Source of the DNA: Marsupella aquatica
Taxonomy: Eukaryota > Plantae > Marchantiophyta
Length of the DNA: 64,000 nucleotides
Direction: 5' to 3'
Assembly (NCBI GenBank): GCA_973895155.1
Contig: OZ316892.1
Location: 1,987,223 to 2,051,222, forward strand
The number at the start of each line of letters is the position of its first letter. Position 1 is the stretch's first letter. The position numbers and the translations under genes are program-made. Below the pieces are notes generated by a model. That model was given only the letters and a program-made list of their open reading frames with translations. It was not told the DNA's origin and did not search any database. Below, piece after piece: positions 12,590-26,371 of the stretch.

Positions 12590-13023
12590 TAGGAGTCTCA
12601 AATACAATGAATTTTTGTGCCTGGATCCAGTTCAGGAATGTTGTGGCTCGGGGCAGTGGGAACAACTGGTCGAGCATCGATTGTGAGGCCTAACCAGTCT
12701 CGTCCGGGAGTCATGACCGAAACAGAAGGCCAACTACTATGAGGAGAGGACCCAATTTCAATGTGTTCATTGAATCACGTTGTCATTTTCATACATTGCC
12801 TTGACCCTTCTCAAATCTGAGAACCCAAAAATATCATTAACCTACTACAACCAGTTTTGGTGTGCCCATGAGGTGGTTTTTCTTTTCAATATTTGAGAGC
12901 CCTAGTATAGCTAGATTGTGTTGCTCGGAATGATTTGAGAACCCAAAAATATCACTACCTAACTACACCCAGTTTTGGTGTGCCCGTGAGATGGTTTTTC
13001 TTTTCAATATTTGAGACACCCTA
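12590..13023. mobile_element. MITE-like element with a duplicated right end (~120 bp direct repeat, 12817-12926 / 12935-13045)
   Basis: Left end taggagtctcaaa and right end tttgagacacccta. Internal duplication gaacccaaaaatatca...ccagttttggtgtgccc..gag.tggtttttcttttcaatatttgaga..cctagtatagctagattgtgttgctc. Confidence 0.5.
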
Positions 13024-15259
13024 GTATAGCTAGATTGTGTTGCTCTGAAGTCTGAACCGCTTGTGTTCTAGTCGATCGGTCCCCATGAGTTCAACCCAAC
13101 TAAAGTTCACTCAATTATTCTTTATCACGGCAGCTTCTTTCTGTTAAGCTAATACACTATTTGAAAACCTTGACAACAGGTGTTCCCCAGTTTAAAGTGT
13201 CCTGTTTTTTGACTCCATGTGTCAGGGGAACAGCAGGTGAGGGGAAAAATGGGGTGGAGTTAAATGCCTAGAGTAACAGGGGAGGTTGCATGATGACAGG
13301 GGAACAGCCAGGCAAGGAAAATGTCCACAGGGGCAGTGTACACTTTTCGCCCAGGTCTTCCCGGGAATAACCATCAAAATCATTAATAGAGGGATTTGAC
13401 TCAACCCCTCAGACTTTTTACGTCAATAAAAAATGAACTTGTTTTTCAGGTCAAACGCTTGGCCCCCTTAGGAACTGTAGTTCTCTGCCTATTGAATGCT
13501 ACAGTTGTAATCAGTGCAGTTCTCTACCTATTGAATGCTAAAGTTGTTCAATGTATTTGCTAGTTGGTGGGTCCAGGTTCATATCAAAATATGACAAATA
13601 CCATGTATGACATCCTTCCAAACCATGAAAAAAAATTAGTTATTTTATTTAGATGAATGAGCGCACATCATATATTCTCACATTTTGATGTGTGATTATT
13701 GGCTGCCCTTCCAGTTTGTACCCTGCCAGCCTGATTCAAGCCACTCATTTAGCCTTTGCCATTTGACAAAAACTGCTTGTTCCCCCTAGCCGATGCTTCT
13801 GTCTATCAACAGCCCATTGCTTCCACCTGTCCAGAGCTTTTCTAGTCTGTTTTTTTAAAGAATGGCAGAGGATGTTTAAAAATTGCAAAGATGCCCAGTC
13901 CAGCCAGCCTCTGGTTGTGATACCCCCTGTCCTGTCACCTTGTACTTGCAGTCATCCAAGTCACACATTTCTGTTCCCAACTTGGTCGGCATATATACTA
14001 GGGAATACAATGTTGCCGTGGTGTTTTTAGTGAAACTAGTGCTTGGGTGTGGAAAATCAGACCAATTCTGTACTTTTCAGACCTATACGCCCCTTTTTGT
14101 TAGCTGTTTTTTGCGCATTCCTTAACCATGCTTGATTTTTACTTTTTGAAAAGTTCACCTGAAGTTGAATGTTACTATGCTACTCTAGCCTATTTACTCT
14201 ACATTGGCCTCTAAGTAATCCTCAAGTTTATCTAACACTGGGCGAGAAACTGGCCCCATGGTACTTGGGGAAGTCACTTTCATTGGAGTGACCCATCATG
14301 AGTGACAAAGTATAGGGTTTAAAACATGATTTTTGAGGAATTCTTTTAAGGAACTTAGTGGAAAGAAAATGGCTGTTGAATTGAAAGATGTCACGTGTGA
14401 TCATATGATTAATGTAGTACAACTTCAGTGATGTTCCCCATGAGAAGTGTCTTCCAAATTTCAAATGTCTTTACATGTGGGCACATCAGCATTTTCCAAT
14501 CACAAGCAGGGACTTCTATGATTGTGACAATACACAAACATGACAGTGTGTGTGTTTGATTTGATCGAGGCCATGACGCATTGGTATATTCAAAACATGT
14601 AAATTTTCTTCCGTGACCACAAACAAATAATAGTTTTAAATAAATAACCACACAATAAGCTGTCAAATTTCTGAAATAGATGGATGGGATCTGATGTTGG
14701 TGACTCAGTTGATCATTAACAGTGTCTCAAGTCTATTTGGGGCTGAGATTTGTTATATATGGTGCTGCCAAGCTTGGAGACCTACTCACTATACAAATTT
14801 GAAGAAAGTAGATCCCAAAAATTTCCAATGACCCTCATCAAAAAAATCCAATGAAAGAAAGGGAAAGAATAAGTTAGATGGGAGTGGGATAGGGAAAAAA
14901 ATCAAAACAGGCCTAATTGACAAATGATTTTTGTGTTTTAACTGAATCAATTGAGGACTTCAATAAAATCACTATTGAAAAGTTGTGTAAGAAGCAAACA
15001 ATAATAAACACCTTGTTCATTTTGCAATGTGGTGACACCATAGTGAGTCAGTGCAAATATAAATCCTCACTAAACCTACTAAAGGATGAGAAAATAACTA
15101 TTTTCAGCGTAGATAATGATCTCTTTGCAGGTGTCAGGGCAATTTTTTTCAATGGATATATTTGAGCAAACCTTTGGCACAACAGTTATAAGTGGTTGAA
15201 TAATTTTTGTATATACGACCATTATTCCAAAATGCAACACTGGGTACACTAACTAATTC

Positions 15260-15940
15260 GCCATAGAAAGCTATGCTTTGTAGTTATATATGGTCTAAAC
15301 TGAAGTCTTTCATGAAAGCTACTCTCTTGACAGGAAGCTGTAATTTAAAACTATGATCTATAGAAAGCTATTCTTTGAAGTTATATATGATCTTAATTGA
15401 AGCCTCAGATCGATACACAGTGAAAGCTACTCCCGTGATAGAAAACTATACTTTGGAGCTATGGTCGATAGAAAGCCTGCTGTTCTTTGGAGGTCTAAAA
15501 TGAAGCCTCTCGTGACAGAAAGCTATACAGTAGTTATTTTGGATCTTTGGTTTATAGAAAGCTACTCTTTGGAGTTCTGGTCTAAAGTGAAGCTACTCTC
15601 TTGATAGAAAGCTGTACTGTGGAAAGATGGTCGATAGAAAGCTGTACTGTGGAGGAATGGTCGATAGAAAGCTATTCTTTGGAGTAATGGTCTGAAGGGA
15701 AGCCTCTCACCCGAAAGCTACTCTCGTGATGGAAACCTGTATTTTGGAGCTATCGTCGATAGAAAGCTATTCTTTGGAGTTATGGTCTACAGTGAAGCCT
15801 CTCGTACTTGAAAGCTACTCTTGGGATAGAGAGCTGTACTTTGGAGCTACGCGTTTCTTTGGAGTTATGGGCTGAAGTGAAGCCTCTTGTGAAAAGCTAC
15901 TCTCGTGATAGAAAACTATAGTTTGGAGCTATGGTCTAAA
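15260..15940. repeat. Degenerate minisatellite (gatagaaagcta(t/c)tctttggag.tatggtc units)
   Basis: Many recurrences of gaaagct and tgaagcct cores across ~700 bp. Confidence 0.9.
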
Positions 15941-16897
15941 GCTAAGCATGTAGACATTGACTCTGGGGTGACGGCTGTAGACTGTGACGGCAAGTTCGTG
16001 ACAATGGGTGGCCGCAAGTTTCGGGGTGAAACTGTGATGGCGAGTTCGTGACTCTGGGTGACTGGGTGACAGCAAGTTCCGGGGTGAGGCACCGGGTGGC
16101 GGCAAATTTAGGGGTGATGCAATTTCGGGTGAGCAACGGCGGGCGTCAGCAAAGCTCGGGCAGTCGGGCTTAATAGCAGCAAAGAAATTCACAGAGCTAG
16201 CTAGGTCCAGTATCGAGGCAAAGACTAAATAGCAGCATACATGAAGTGCGCTGCCTCCAGTATCAATGAAAAGGCTAAATAGCAGCAAACGAGCAAAGAG
16301 ACTTCAGCTTGAGCTCCCGTATCGCTCGAGGTATCGCTAACCATCTGTAACGGGTATCATTCTGCATTGATGTGCATCGATACTAGAGCTCGCGCAGACT
16401 GCAAAGAGAGTGTTCCTGTTACTGTATGTGCGCATAAAGAGCTAGAAGAAACCCTTGTGGTCATTAGTGGGTTAGTTGTTCAGAGGGCAAGCACTCCAAT
16501 CTAGTTTGATAGCTGAAGGATCGCCTTTTGAGACTCCTCTAGAGAGTGGAGCATGCCAGATCGATTTGTGGTGGCCGAGTCAAGTTCAGACACAGCACTG
16601 TAGCGTATAGCTGAGTGTGGCCGCAATTATACAGAAGCAAGGTCGTCATTTTAAGTAGAAGTCTGTTCGTATCTAGATTGAGTGGAACTCGATCTGCGTA
16701 GTACATTTCGGCGCTTGTGTGGTCTCTCTTTAACATCATGTATTGACTGGTGTGTGTTTTCTTCCTACTCACTCACAGAAGGACATTGCCATTGCGACAG
16801 AAAGTAAATTTGAGTGAGTAGAGTTTGATCTGGAGACCTTAAATTCTACGCAGCACTCCACACCGCTGTGATCAGGGAGAGACCATTGTCGATAGTC

Positions 16898-19800
16898 ATG
16901 ACAACTACGCAACCAAAATCAGGAGAAGCGGGTACGAGAGTGCATCCCCGCTTGCGGGGCGGGCAACCGCCGCACCCCCATCAGTGGAATACGGAGCAGA
17001 TGAGGGCCCTTGCTGCAATGTGCGATACGTTCGTGCCTTCGATTGGTGTGGACCCTGATGATGTGTTCCTAGAGGAGTCTCGTGCGAAGGGTAGCTTTGA
17101 CGATGTGGACGCCTTCTACAAACTCTCCGGTTCTGACGTGGGGCTTGCAGTAGAGGTATGGACGTTCTACCCATTCCTAACGTACAAGACAAATGAATAA
17201 CTACTTCGCTGTCTTTACATTAAGGTACTTTGTGAATCAATTCTGGGAAGCGTTTCTTAGACACACTCTAGTTCTGAAGTTGAATACGCTACTCTACGCA
17301 AACGAAATTTATCCAACGCAGAATTTAGGATGTCAAAATGGATGATGGAAAACCATCTTGCATGATTATAATTGAAGAAAGCTTGGCCCTGCTTGTCACG
17401 CGTTGTCGTGATGACCAACTCCTGAGGCTGCTGGATATGCGAGCCACTATCTGTACCGACCTCACACACATCGTTCCTCCTACTTTAAATGGATACATGT
17501 CCAAGTCTGCTGAGGCTTCGCTTTCTCGTGAATTAGACTCAATCGAAATTGGCAGCAACGTAAATCCGGACTAAAATCCTGATTTGGCAGCAGACCAGGG
17601 TAGAAAAGAGACGGTTTAGACATGGGAACAGAGTCTCATTATCTACTATGCCTAGATTCCAATATGTACCATGCCTATCGTAGATTGCAATATGGAAGAT
17701 GGTGAGAGGGGGAGAGACGTCACGTTTACGATTCAACGTGATCACGCGTGCATCGAGGTCGCCGTGATTCGGTCACCTTCGTTAACTTGCTAGGCATTCA
17801 GGGGCCGAGACTAGATTAATTGTTGGTATGAGCTTACCGTGAGAGTGCATGCCTGGATCTCACATCCTTTCGTAATTTGTATGCATTGTGATCTTGCTTC
17901 CCCAAGATTCTGAAGCTCATGCAAACCTTGATGGTCGGAGTTGTCCGCGTAGAATGTCTGCTTGTCATAGTGGACTGAAGTGCATTGCACGATGAACTAC
18001 AGAACAATAAAAACGGCACAACGGCAGCAGCAGCTGTCTTCATTATGCGTGCATTTTAGTCGCACGGAATCGAGATATGAGTCACTCATTGTGTATTTAG
18101 ACTTAATTGAATGTTAGATAGATGATGAGTCTGTAATTAAAAAACCTCCGGGGAAAATCTTCGTCCATCGTTGAAAGTGGAATCATCAGAGATTGTAGTG
18201 GTAGCGCAAAATAATCCTTCAGAGAAAAGGTGAAGAATTAAAAGAAAGAAAAACAAATTTCAATGTAACGAGGGATGGTAAGGTGTAGGAGGAAGAGAAG
18301 AAGAGAGAATTTTTATTTTATTTTATGGAAGGCATAATCTCGTCATTATGATTGTTTTCCATTGTCGTAGAATGTAACAAACATGGAGTTTTAGGAAAGG
18401 GATCATTTACAAACAAGTATGCAAAGTGGCAATTTTGCTTTGTGTTAAAAACCTTTATTCTTCTTGTTCACGAATTCAAAGTATTTGAGAAAAACCGAAT
18501 GCTACATCGAATGCTGCATTCTGAACGCTGTATCGGGCTTTACCCACTTAAAACTCTGTTTATCTGAAATGCAGGTGGCAGGGCTAATTAGCGAATCACA
18601 GCCTTCGAAGGTTCTGATTATCGTCGGCATTGTGTTGTGGATGCTCACCTCCTCCCTCGGTACCCTGCTTTTGTTTGGAAGGGTGGGCTTGAGTAGGCGG
18701 TATCCATTCATCAAGAGCTTCGTGGACTTCTCTCAGGAGCAGCGAGAGAAGGCAGTGCACAGTTGGATGGACACATCGCTATCGGTTTTCAACACTTTTT
18801 TCAATCTGTTCAGAGGCTTCACTTTGTTCGCCTTCTATGGCAAGGTGAGTGCACGGAAACGAGTTACTCTAGCCGTTAATTGGAATGCTAGTTTGAACAT
18901 GTTTGGTTTACCATAAATTCTGCAGAACATCGTTCGCAGTATATACATTGATTGTTCCAACCGCTAACAGCAATCTTCTCATTGCTAATGTTTGTTTGAG
19001 CTACAGTACTCGTGTTCATCTTTTTTCACTTGTTCTGGTCAAAGACGTGTAACATCCAAGCTCCCAGGCTCCCGCAAGTTGAGATCTGGAAACCCTGATA
19101 ATAGACACCACCTACATAATGCCTTCCGACATTACGCTGTGGGAAAGACTTAGGCAATCTCTCAAATACCGAATGCGCGACTGCACTTGAAGTCCCTCAA
19201 CAGGAGACTAACTAGAAGATCGAACTGACGGATGTAGAGGAAATCTGTGAAACGGGTGAGTAGCAGATTATTGATCGGCTAATTAATCGGCAGGGAGACT
19301 GGCGGATTTTCCTCGCCGGTAGCTGAACTAGGTATCTATTGCAACGATCAGCGGATTTCTGACCTATTTAGATGTTGAAAACATCATTCTTGCGATTCGT
19401 TAGGTCGCTGAATCCTGATATAGCCTTAGGTTTGTAAGTGCGTTAAAAGAGGAGATGCTGCTCGTCATCTACCTACTAACAATAACAATTTTTGCAAGAT
19501 CTCTCTGTAAGACATATGGTGACTTCCTTGTAGACAGAAAATTGTAGTTTTTATTAGATTTATAGCCTTCAAGCGTCTTAAGGACAGCTGTAGTTGCCTC
19601 ATATCAAGGTTTCGAACTCAGTAGAGACTTCGTAAAATAGTTCTCCAACAATTGATACAGGTAGTCCTGAAAATTTTGTTCTGAGTTGACTCAGAAAATC
19701 ACTGGGCACCACTAGAGGTGCTGCTGAACACAAATACCTCGAACTATACAACTATTTACTTTGATCTCGATCCTACTACTCTGTTGCCATGAGTTCGTCC

Positions 19801-22800
19801 AGTGAGAACTCATCCTCCTCAATCAATTGTCCATCTTTACCATCCCAGGGCTCTGTCTGAGCAATGGAGATCTCACCTTTCAGGAGCATGTTTCCCTTGC
19901 CCCCCCTTCCTGCTTCCTTGACAAAATTCACAACAGCATCCAGTTCAAAAGCACTTCGAAGCGGGTTGTAAAGTCCCTTCTTCGTATTAACAGCAACCAA
20001 AGCAGGATACCCATAACCACCGACATCAACTGCTTTTTCAAGGGCTGATTGCTGTCCAGCTGCCGCCCAAACATAGCTGTAAGCACTCCTTTTGAACTTC
20101 TCAGCTATAGCCTGAAGAGTATTGACGTACTTGTTCCGCCCCTCTGCTCCAGAGTCCAAAATGTCAGGCAGAAAGGTCACAAAGCAGATCGCTGCGGATG
20201 AGCACTTACTATCCAGAACATCCGGCCCAGTCAGCTCCACTACCTCAGGTGTCACAGCATTTTCCTCAAGTTGCCTCAGTGCAAACGATTGAATGTCAGA
20301 GGCAACTCTGCCACCCTCGTAAGGGGACGGGTTTGATTTATCGGCACCAAAGAAGAGGATGGTGGGGAATCCCTTTACCCCATATTTGCTCATCAGGCTC
20401 TTGTCAGCATCGCAGTCTACCTGCCCTAGCTTGACTTTGCCCTTCAAGTTGCCGGCAGCAGTCTTCCACTCGGGAGCAAGCTTTTTGCAATGTCCACACC
20501 AAGGAGCATAGAATTCAACAAGCCAGATGTCAGTGCTCTGCAGCACAAGCTCGTCGAAATTGCTAGAGGTGAGCTCCACTGAAGCACTTTTGCTAGAGCT
20601 CTTCTTCGACCCAGCACCGCTCTTGCCACTCAACCTCTCCTGTGCTAGAGATTTCACCTGCCCCAGGGCATAATCCACAATTCCCTTGGCTTCGCGGGGC
20701 CCTTGGTAGTCTAGAGGCTGCTTGCCGGCACCGAAGACCTTGATGGTAGGGAACCCCTTGATTCCGTATTCCTGTGCAAGAGATTGGTGGGCATCGGCAT
20801 CCAGGGCTGCTATAGTCACAATGCCCTTAAGAGCCTTAGCTGCCTTCTCCCACTCAGGCGTCAGAGCCTTGCAGTGTCCACACCACGGAGCGAAAAATTC
20901 GACCAGGACAATTCCGTCGGCATTTAGCACTTTGGACTTGAAATTAGCAGGCGAGAGTTGAACTACGTCCGACGACGGGCCATATAACCCCATCGCAAAT
21001 CCGCTAAACTGCAACAGCAACAGCGTGACAACACACTGCAGCCTCCTCCGCTGCCCCATCGCCATCGCCAGCTCCCAAAAGCGATCAGCACAAACAGAAA
21101 ACAGGAAAATACAAAACCCTAAATTTCCCAATCCTTCCAACCTCAGATATCGATCAATGTGGCAGGAAGGCTCTGCTTCAACCAAATCGGACGTTCGAAA
21201 ACCCGAAACACCTAAAACTACCGCGGCAGAGATCGATCTGTTGGGCTGCACACACTTGCCTTCAAGCTGATCGCAAAAACCCTTCAACAAATCTTATACA
21301 GCTGATGCTGCTGGCTCAACGATCTCAAAAGAGCATCCTCAAAGACCGATCGGATTCCGCAAGAGCCCTCGCTTCCAGCTGACGGAACAGACGCCGACAA
21401 TGCTGACGAACTCAGCGAGAATGTGAAATCACTACTCTCCTCGTCTAGACCTCAAATGCGCGATGCCAAACTCGACGCTGTCTCATATTATCATCAAGAA
21501 CATTCCATCAAAGCATTTTATTCGGAGACGTCTTTGGCGTCCGAGCGACCGGTAACACTAAAATGCCGTCCCGGAATCCTGCCTGTGTAAAGTGCAGGGC
21601 CCCGGTAACGTCACTAGACAGATGTACGCCAATCCTATGCCTCCACGTCAGCACCGCAATCTTCGCCGCCAATGGAAGGGACGCGATTGTTCCCTAGTTC
21701 TTGGAACAAATGTCTTTTAGAGGGCGCCCCGAGAAGTCTTAAGGGCCCGGTATTGTGACGCCCTCAATACGTCATAACTGAGATCCCAACGAATCCCGTT
21801 TTGCCACGTCTGCGCTGTTACTGCAGCCCGGCAAGACGGACGCCATTTATTTTCGTCTTTCGATGCGAGCGATGTGTAGCTTCAGTCTTCACTAAGGGGT
21901 TCGAAACATTCACAATTCATAGTCCGAGACGGGATCTTTTCCGGTGTTGTGGTAGTCCAGCTGCCGAGATCAATCCCGTCGAAAGCATTCGTTTGCATTG
22001 GCAACTTTTGCCCGAGAAAACGTTGCGTGTGCTTTGGCAATAAAGAAGCTTCATCAGTCTTCAATAACCGTATCCGAGGTCAAAGAATCATTCCAATTGA
22101 AGACCGTCGAGTGATCGAGCCTAAATTTGAGGACCCATCAGCCTGCCTGCGTCCAATGGATGTCGCGGAGTCTCATTCCCATACTGCGGTGTGCGCCGGG
22201 CCACCGATTCCTCCGAAATGTGGCCCAAACTTGGCATGGGATCCGAGAAGAACAGACAGAAGAGGGCCCGCAACATTTCATCGTGCAACAACTATGGTGT
22301 CCAATTGAGTGATTGGACGAAGAAAGAAGAGTCCTCAGAAATTTGAGAACTACAATAGTCACCTTGAGGTCCTCGGGCTTATGCATCAACTGATGGCGAT
22401 AATAATCATCCCTCAAGGTTTCATAACTTTATACAGCTCGTTCATCAAATTCAGGGGCTGAAACAACGTTAGAGGAGGCAAAAGAACCGCGTGGAAGAGG
22501 CATCCTTCTTCTTCTGAAGTCTGGCCCCACTGAACTCTAAACTTCTACGCTCAGCGATTCTTGAATCCCGAATGGACTGTGATTTTGGAACTGATAATTC
22601 ATTATGTCAAATGTCGCTTTTGTACATGCCTTCTCCCTGTGTCCACTCCTATTGAACTGGTGCTGGCTTCAACTCCTCTTCAAAATTTATAATGCATTAA
22701 TGCCGTAAAGTGGAGGGTGACAACGCGGTGTCCAAAGCGGTTGCTATATTCAAATCTCGGAACAGGATTAAACAGAGATGCTTTTATAAGCGTTCCGATC

Positions 22801-24868
22801 GTCTTAAAATATATCCTTAGTTATCTTGAAAACTGCCTTGTTCTTATAGAGAGGTCGGTCTGTAGACTAATCATTAATGCCTTCACTCTGATGGTCACAT
22901 CGATCGGACCCATACTTGATCTGACTCCTATGCTAGTTGAGTTGAATTGAATCCAATCGAGTGTTCTTTAGTCATCAGAAATCGAGTGTTCTTTAGTCCT
23001 CTTTTTTGGGCACTGATAGATATTGTAATCTTTGCTCACAGGTGGACGAGAATGGATACAATCCTACCTGGAGCGCAATAGGCTATTTTGGTCCTGATCC
23101 CCAGGCTTCATCCCCAAAGCCCCTGGAAGGAAAAGTGCTAGACACAGCAGAGAACTCCAAAGAGAAGCTGATAACATTCCTTCGTGACGGAGGTTTTACT
23201 CTCTTAAATGACGTGTCCCATCTCGACAAACTTGCCCATAGCACCCGAAGTGGAAGTGACCAGCCACAGAGTAGAATCGGTATCAAATGTGATGTGGTGG
23301 TCGTGGGTTCAGGATCGGGAGGAGGTGTGATAGCAGGTGCTCTAGCCCAAGCTGGACACAAAGTACTCGTTTTGGAGAAGGGTGGCTACTTTGCTAGAGA
23401 TGACTTGAGCTTACTAGAGGTGCCAAGCATGGATGCAATGTACGAAGGTAGAGGTTTGCTGAGAACAGTTGATGGTCATGTATCCTTGCTGGCTGGAGCA
23501 ACTGTGGGAGGAGGATCAACTATAAACTGGAGTGCTGCATTGCCAACACCAGAACATGTAAGGCAGGAGTGGGCAAAAGATCATAGGCTCTCTATGTTTG
23601 CCACACAGAAGTATCAGGATGCTTTGGATAAGGTCTGGACACGGGCATCCGCGAATTCTACCTGTGATTACCCGAGCTTTCAGAACCAAGCCCTCACGAT
23701 TGGCTGCAAGAAGTTGGGGTATGACATCGGCGAGGTCGACAGAAATGTTCGTGGTGAACACTCATGCGGGTGGTGCAATCTGGGATGTAAAACTGGGGAG
23801 AAGCAGGCCACTTCGGAGACATGGTTGGTGGATGCAGTCCAGGCTGGAGCATTAATTCTCTCCAATTGTGTGGCCCAAGAAGTTCTGCACAAAGAGGACT
23901 ATCGTTGCAAGAAGGGCAGGAAGGCAGTGGGAGTGATTGCAAAATGTGGGGGCGGGGAAGAAGATGATCTAACCGTGTATGTGGAAGCAGCAGTGACAGT
24001 GGTTTGCGGAGGGTCGCTCAACACTCCTCCCCTGCTCCTTAGAAGTGGTCTTAGAAATCCCAACATCGGCCGCCATCTACATTTGCATCCTGTGGTGATC
24101 GGGTGGGGATATTTTCCCGAGGGAACAGGCCCTGCAGGCAAATCATATGAAGGTGGGATAATTAGTGCAGTTTCCAAAGAGGCAGCAAACTGGAATTCCT
24201 CCGGTTATGGTGCCCTCCTTGAAGTTCCCGCCCTTCGCCCTGCCACGTTTGCTAGCTTCATGCCTTCAAGATCTGCTGCTGATCACAAAAGGAGGATGAG
24301 GAAGTACTCTCGCTATTCCTGCTTCATCGTCCTCACCCGTGATCGAGGGAGTGGACGGGTGGCTCTAAACAAAAGCAAGGAACGGGAGATCACATACTCT
24401 GTCTCCCGTGAAGATGAGGCTAGCATGTTCCACGGTATGGAGAAGGGGCTGAGGGCTATGGTGGCAGCTGGGGCAGAAGAGGTGGGTGGTTTCCACATTG
24501 CATGGGAGACCTTTTCTGTCAAGGCCAGAGATTACTCTACTCTGGAGGAAGACTTCAAGAAATTTCTGGACGGTCTTAGGGAGAGGGGGCTACAAGGGGC
24601 CAAAACTCCCATTGCCTCAGCTCATCAAATGGGTTCTTGTCGGATGGGTGTTAACAGCAAGGATTCGGCAGTGGATGCGAGCTGTGAGACATGGGAAGTT
24701 GAAGATCTATTCGTCGGAGACGCCAGCGTGTTTCCCACAGCCTCGGGAGCAAATCCGATGATAACAGTACAAACGATTGCATTCTGCACTGCGCAAAACA
24801 TCATACTAAAGCTTCAGGATAGGAGATTCAATGAGGGTGGAGAAACGATTCCCGGTACTGGAAGTTGA
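16898..24868 (+). CDS. Long-chain fatty alcohol oxidase (GMC oxidoreductase, FAO-type), exons 16898-17155, 18575-18844, 23042-24868
   Basis: N-terminal LAAMCDTFVPS and LxxxLGTLLL motifs, FAD-binding VVVVGSGSGGGV, GATVGGGSTINW, C-terminal SAHQMGSCRMG and DASVFPTASGANPM. Both introns are GT-AG in phase 0. Confidence 0.93.
19776..21065 (-). CDS. Protein disulfide isomerase, P5/PDIA6 (plant PDIL2) type; intronless CDS nested antisense in FAO intron 2
   Basis: Signal peptide MAMGQRRRLQCVVTLLLLQFSGFAMG-LYG, two WCGHC thioredoxin domains, a b-type domain, and acidic tail EPWDGKDGQLIEEDEFSLDELMATE*. The likely start is the ATG at 21065. Confidence 0.95.
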   Translation of the reverse strand: MAMGQRRRLQCVVTLLLLQFSGFAMGLYGPSSDVVQLSPANFKSKVLNADGIVLVEFFAPWCGHCKALTPEWEKAAKALKGIVTIAALDADAHQSLAQEYGIKGFPTIKVFGAGKQPLDYQGPREAKGIVDYALGQVKSLAQERLSGKSGAGSKKSSSKSASVELTSSNFDELVLQSTDIWLVEFYAPWCGHCKKLAPEWKTAAGNLKGKVKLGQVDCDADKSLMSKYGVKGFPTILFFGADKSNPSPYEGGRVASDIQSFALRQLEENAVTPEVVELTGPDVLDSKCSSAAICFVTFLPDILDSGAEGRNKYVNTLQAIAEKFKRSAYSYVWAAAGQQSALEKAVDVGGYGYPALVAVNTKKGLYNPLRSAFELDAVVNFVKEAGRGGKGNMLLKGEISIAQTEPWDGKDGQLIEEDEFSLDELMATE

Positions 24869-26371
24869 GTACGTCTAGTAATTAATGGTTTCTAACCTTA
24901 GAAGCATTGATGCCAGGGATTGAAGCCTTCAGGTTTCATCTTAGAGTGCGGTTTCATATGAAATCTGCAAACAATATGCCGTTGATGAGGCAGCCACAAT
25001 GTAGGACCGAAGCCACCCTCAGATCCCCAATACCGTTGTTGGTAAGGAACAATGCAGAAGTAGACTCAGCTGGCTGCGGTCCACCTTCTTCCCTCGTTTG
25101 GGGCCCTGCTGTATGCTGTTTCAATGAATGGAATTTAATGAAGTCTTTGAAGTAAAAAGAGAAGACTCAGCTGGAAAGGTTTTGGCAAGAATACTTTAAA
25201 AGAAGTTGCATGACACAATTGGGCTGACCAAGTGTAAGAACTCACTGATATCCGAAGCTCACTTGCAGGCGACGCCACGTTCGACCATAGTCGAGTTGCA
25301 ACTGGTAAATGGTCGGCACCATGATAAGTCCTTTGGACCGTTATTTTACATCGAAACCATCACCATGTTTCATGTTGTACCACATAGCATTTCTGTTACT
25401 TCTTTGGATGATTGCATTTTGTGCTCGTCTTGTATTGTGGTCAGGGTGTCACTCTTTCGTTTATTTCTTTCTTTGACTAGAACCAATGTGCACGAAGAAA
25501 ATTTGAAAACTTTTGTGGAACGTGCATTTCTATACATCTTTGCAAAATAGTGACCTTTTACTAAGTACTTGTGTTCCTGGGTGATTAAGTGGGTGACGAC
25601 AGACATTGCACCAAGCTGCCACACGGATACGAGCCCCATGAATGTGGTTTTTTATGTTTGGAAAAGCCTCATGAATGTGCATTTGAGACCACTGGCTTGT
25701 AGCACACGTAATGATTCACAGGCGCATATGGGATACAAGGCCTTTATTGTCAAGCCTAAGGATAGCGCCAAACATTGTACAGTCAGTGCTCACGTCAGTA
25801 TTTCGAAGCCTCTTGCAAACAAAGCGATTTACAGTACTGCTCGAAGGGAACGTCATAATCACACAACTCGAAATCGGTTAGCTCTGACAGAGCGTCACAT
25901 ACAATACCACCCGGTCACCTAGGGTGTCGTTAGGAGTTAATCACATACCCAGGAGCTCGTGGATCACGTAATGTATCGTCTGATGTAAGTCAGTGAAGTA
26001 AGCCATCGTTGGGCAACGAGAAAAGTCTGGTTAATCGTATGATTATGTTAAGCGCATCCGGTCAAGGGAAAAAGTGGTACCGTTCTTCACAGACTGCAAA
26101 TAAGAGAAAGCCCATAGCACAAGCCGTGCAATTCACTCAAGCGTAGTGGTTCGTCGGACCAGGTTGTTCAGGTAGGAAATCATTCTGGTGAATGGATTCT
26201 AACGCAGATGAGGTAGCTCAGTTGATTGCAGCTCGGAATTTGCAACAATGACCACAATAGATCTGGGAGAGAACAGGGTTGAGGAGCAACCCCGTAGTAC
26301 ACTCGTGCCGAGTGCTTCGTCAGAGGTTGTGGTTCAAAGGTTTAGCTCGGAATTTGCACAACGATGACAAC

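Noticed and set aside
15260-15940. CRISPR-like repeat array
   Set aside because: The units are degenerate and the intervening sequences resemble each other. The context is eukaryotic with no cas genes, so this is a minisatellite.
21066-21290. N-terminal extension of the PDI ORF
   Set aside because: It has a non-ATG start, and the signal peptide begins at the ATG at 21065, so this is probably 5' UTR.
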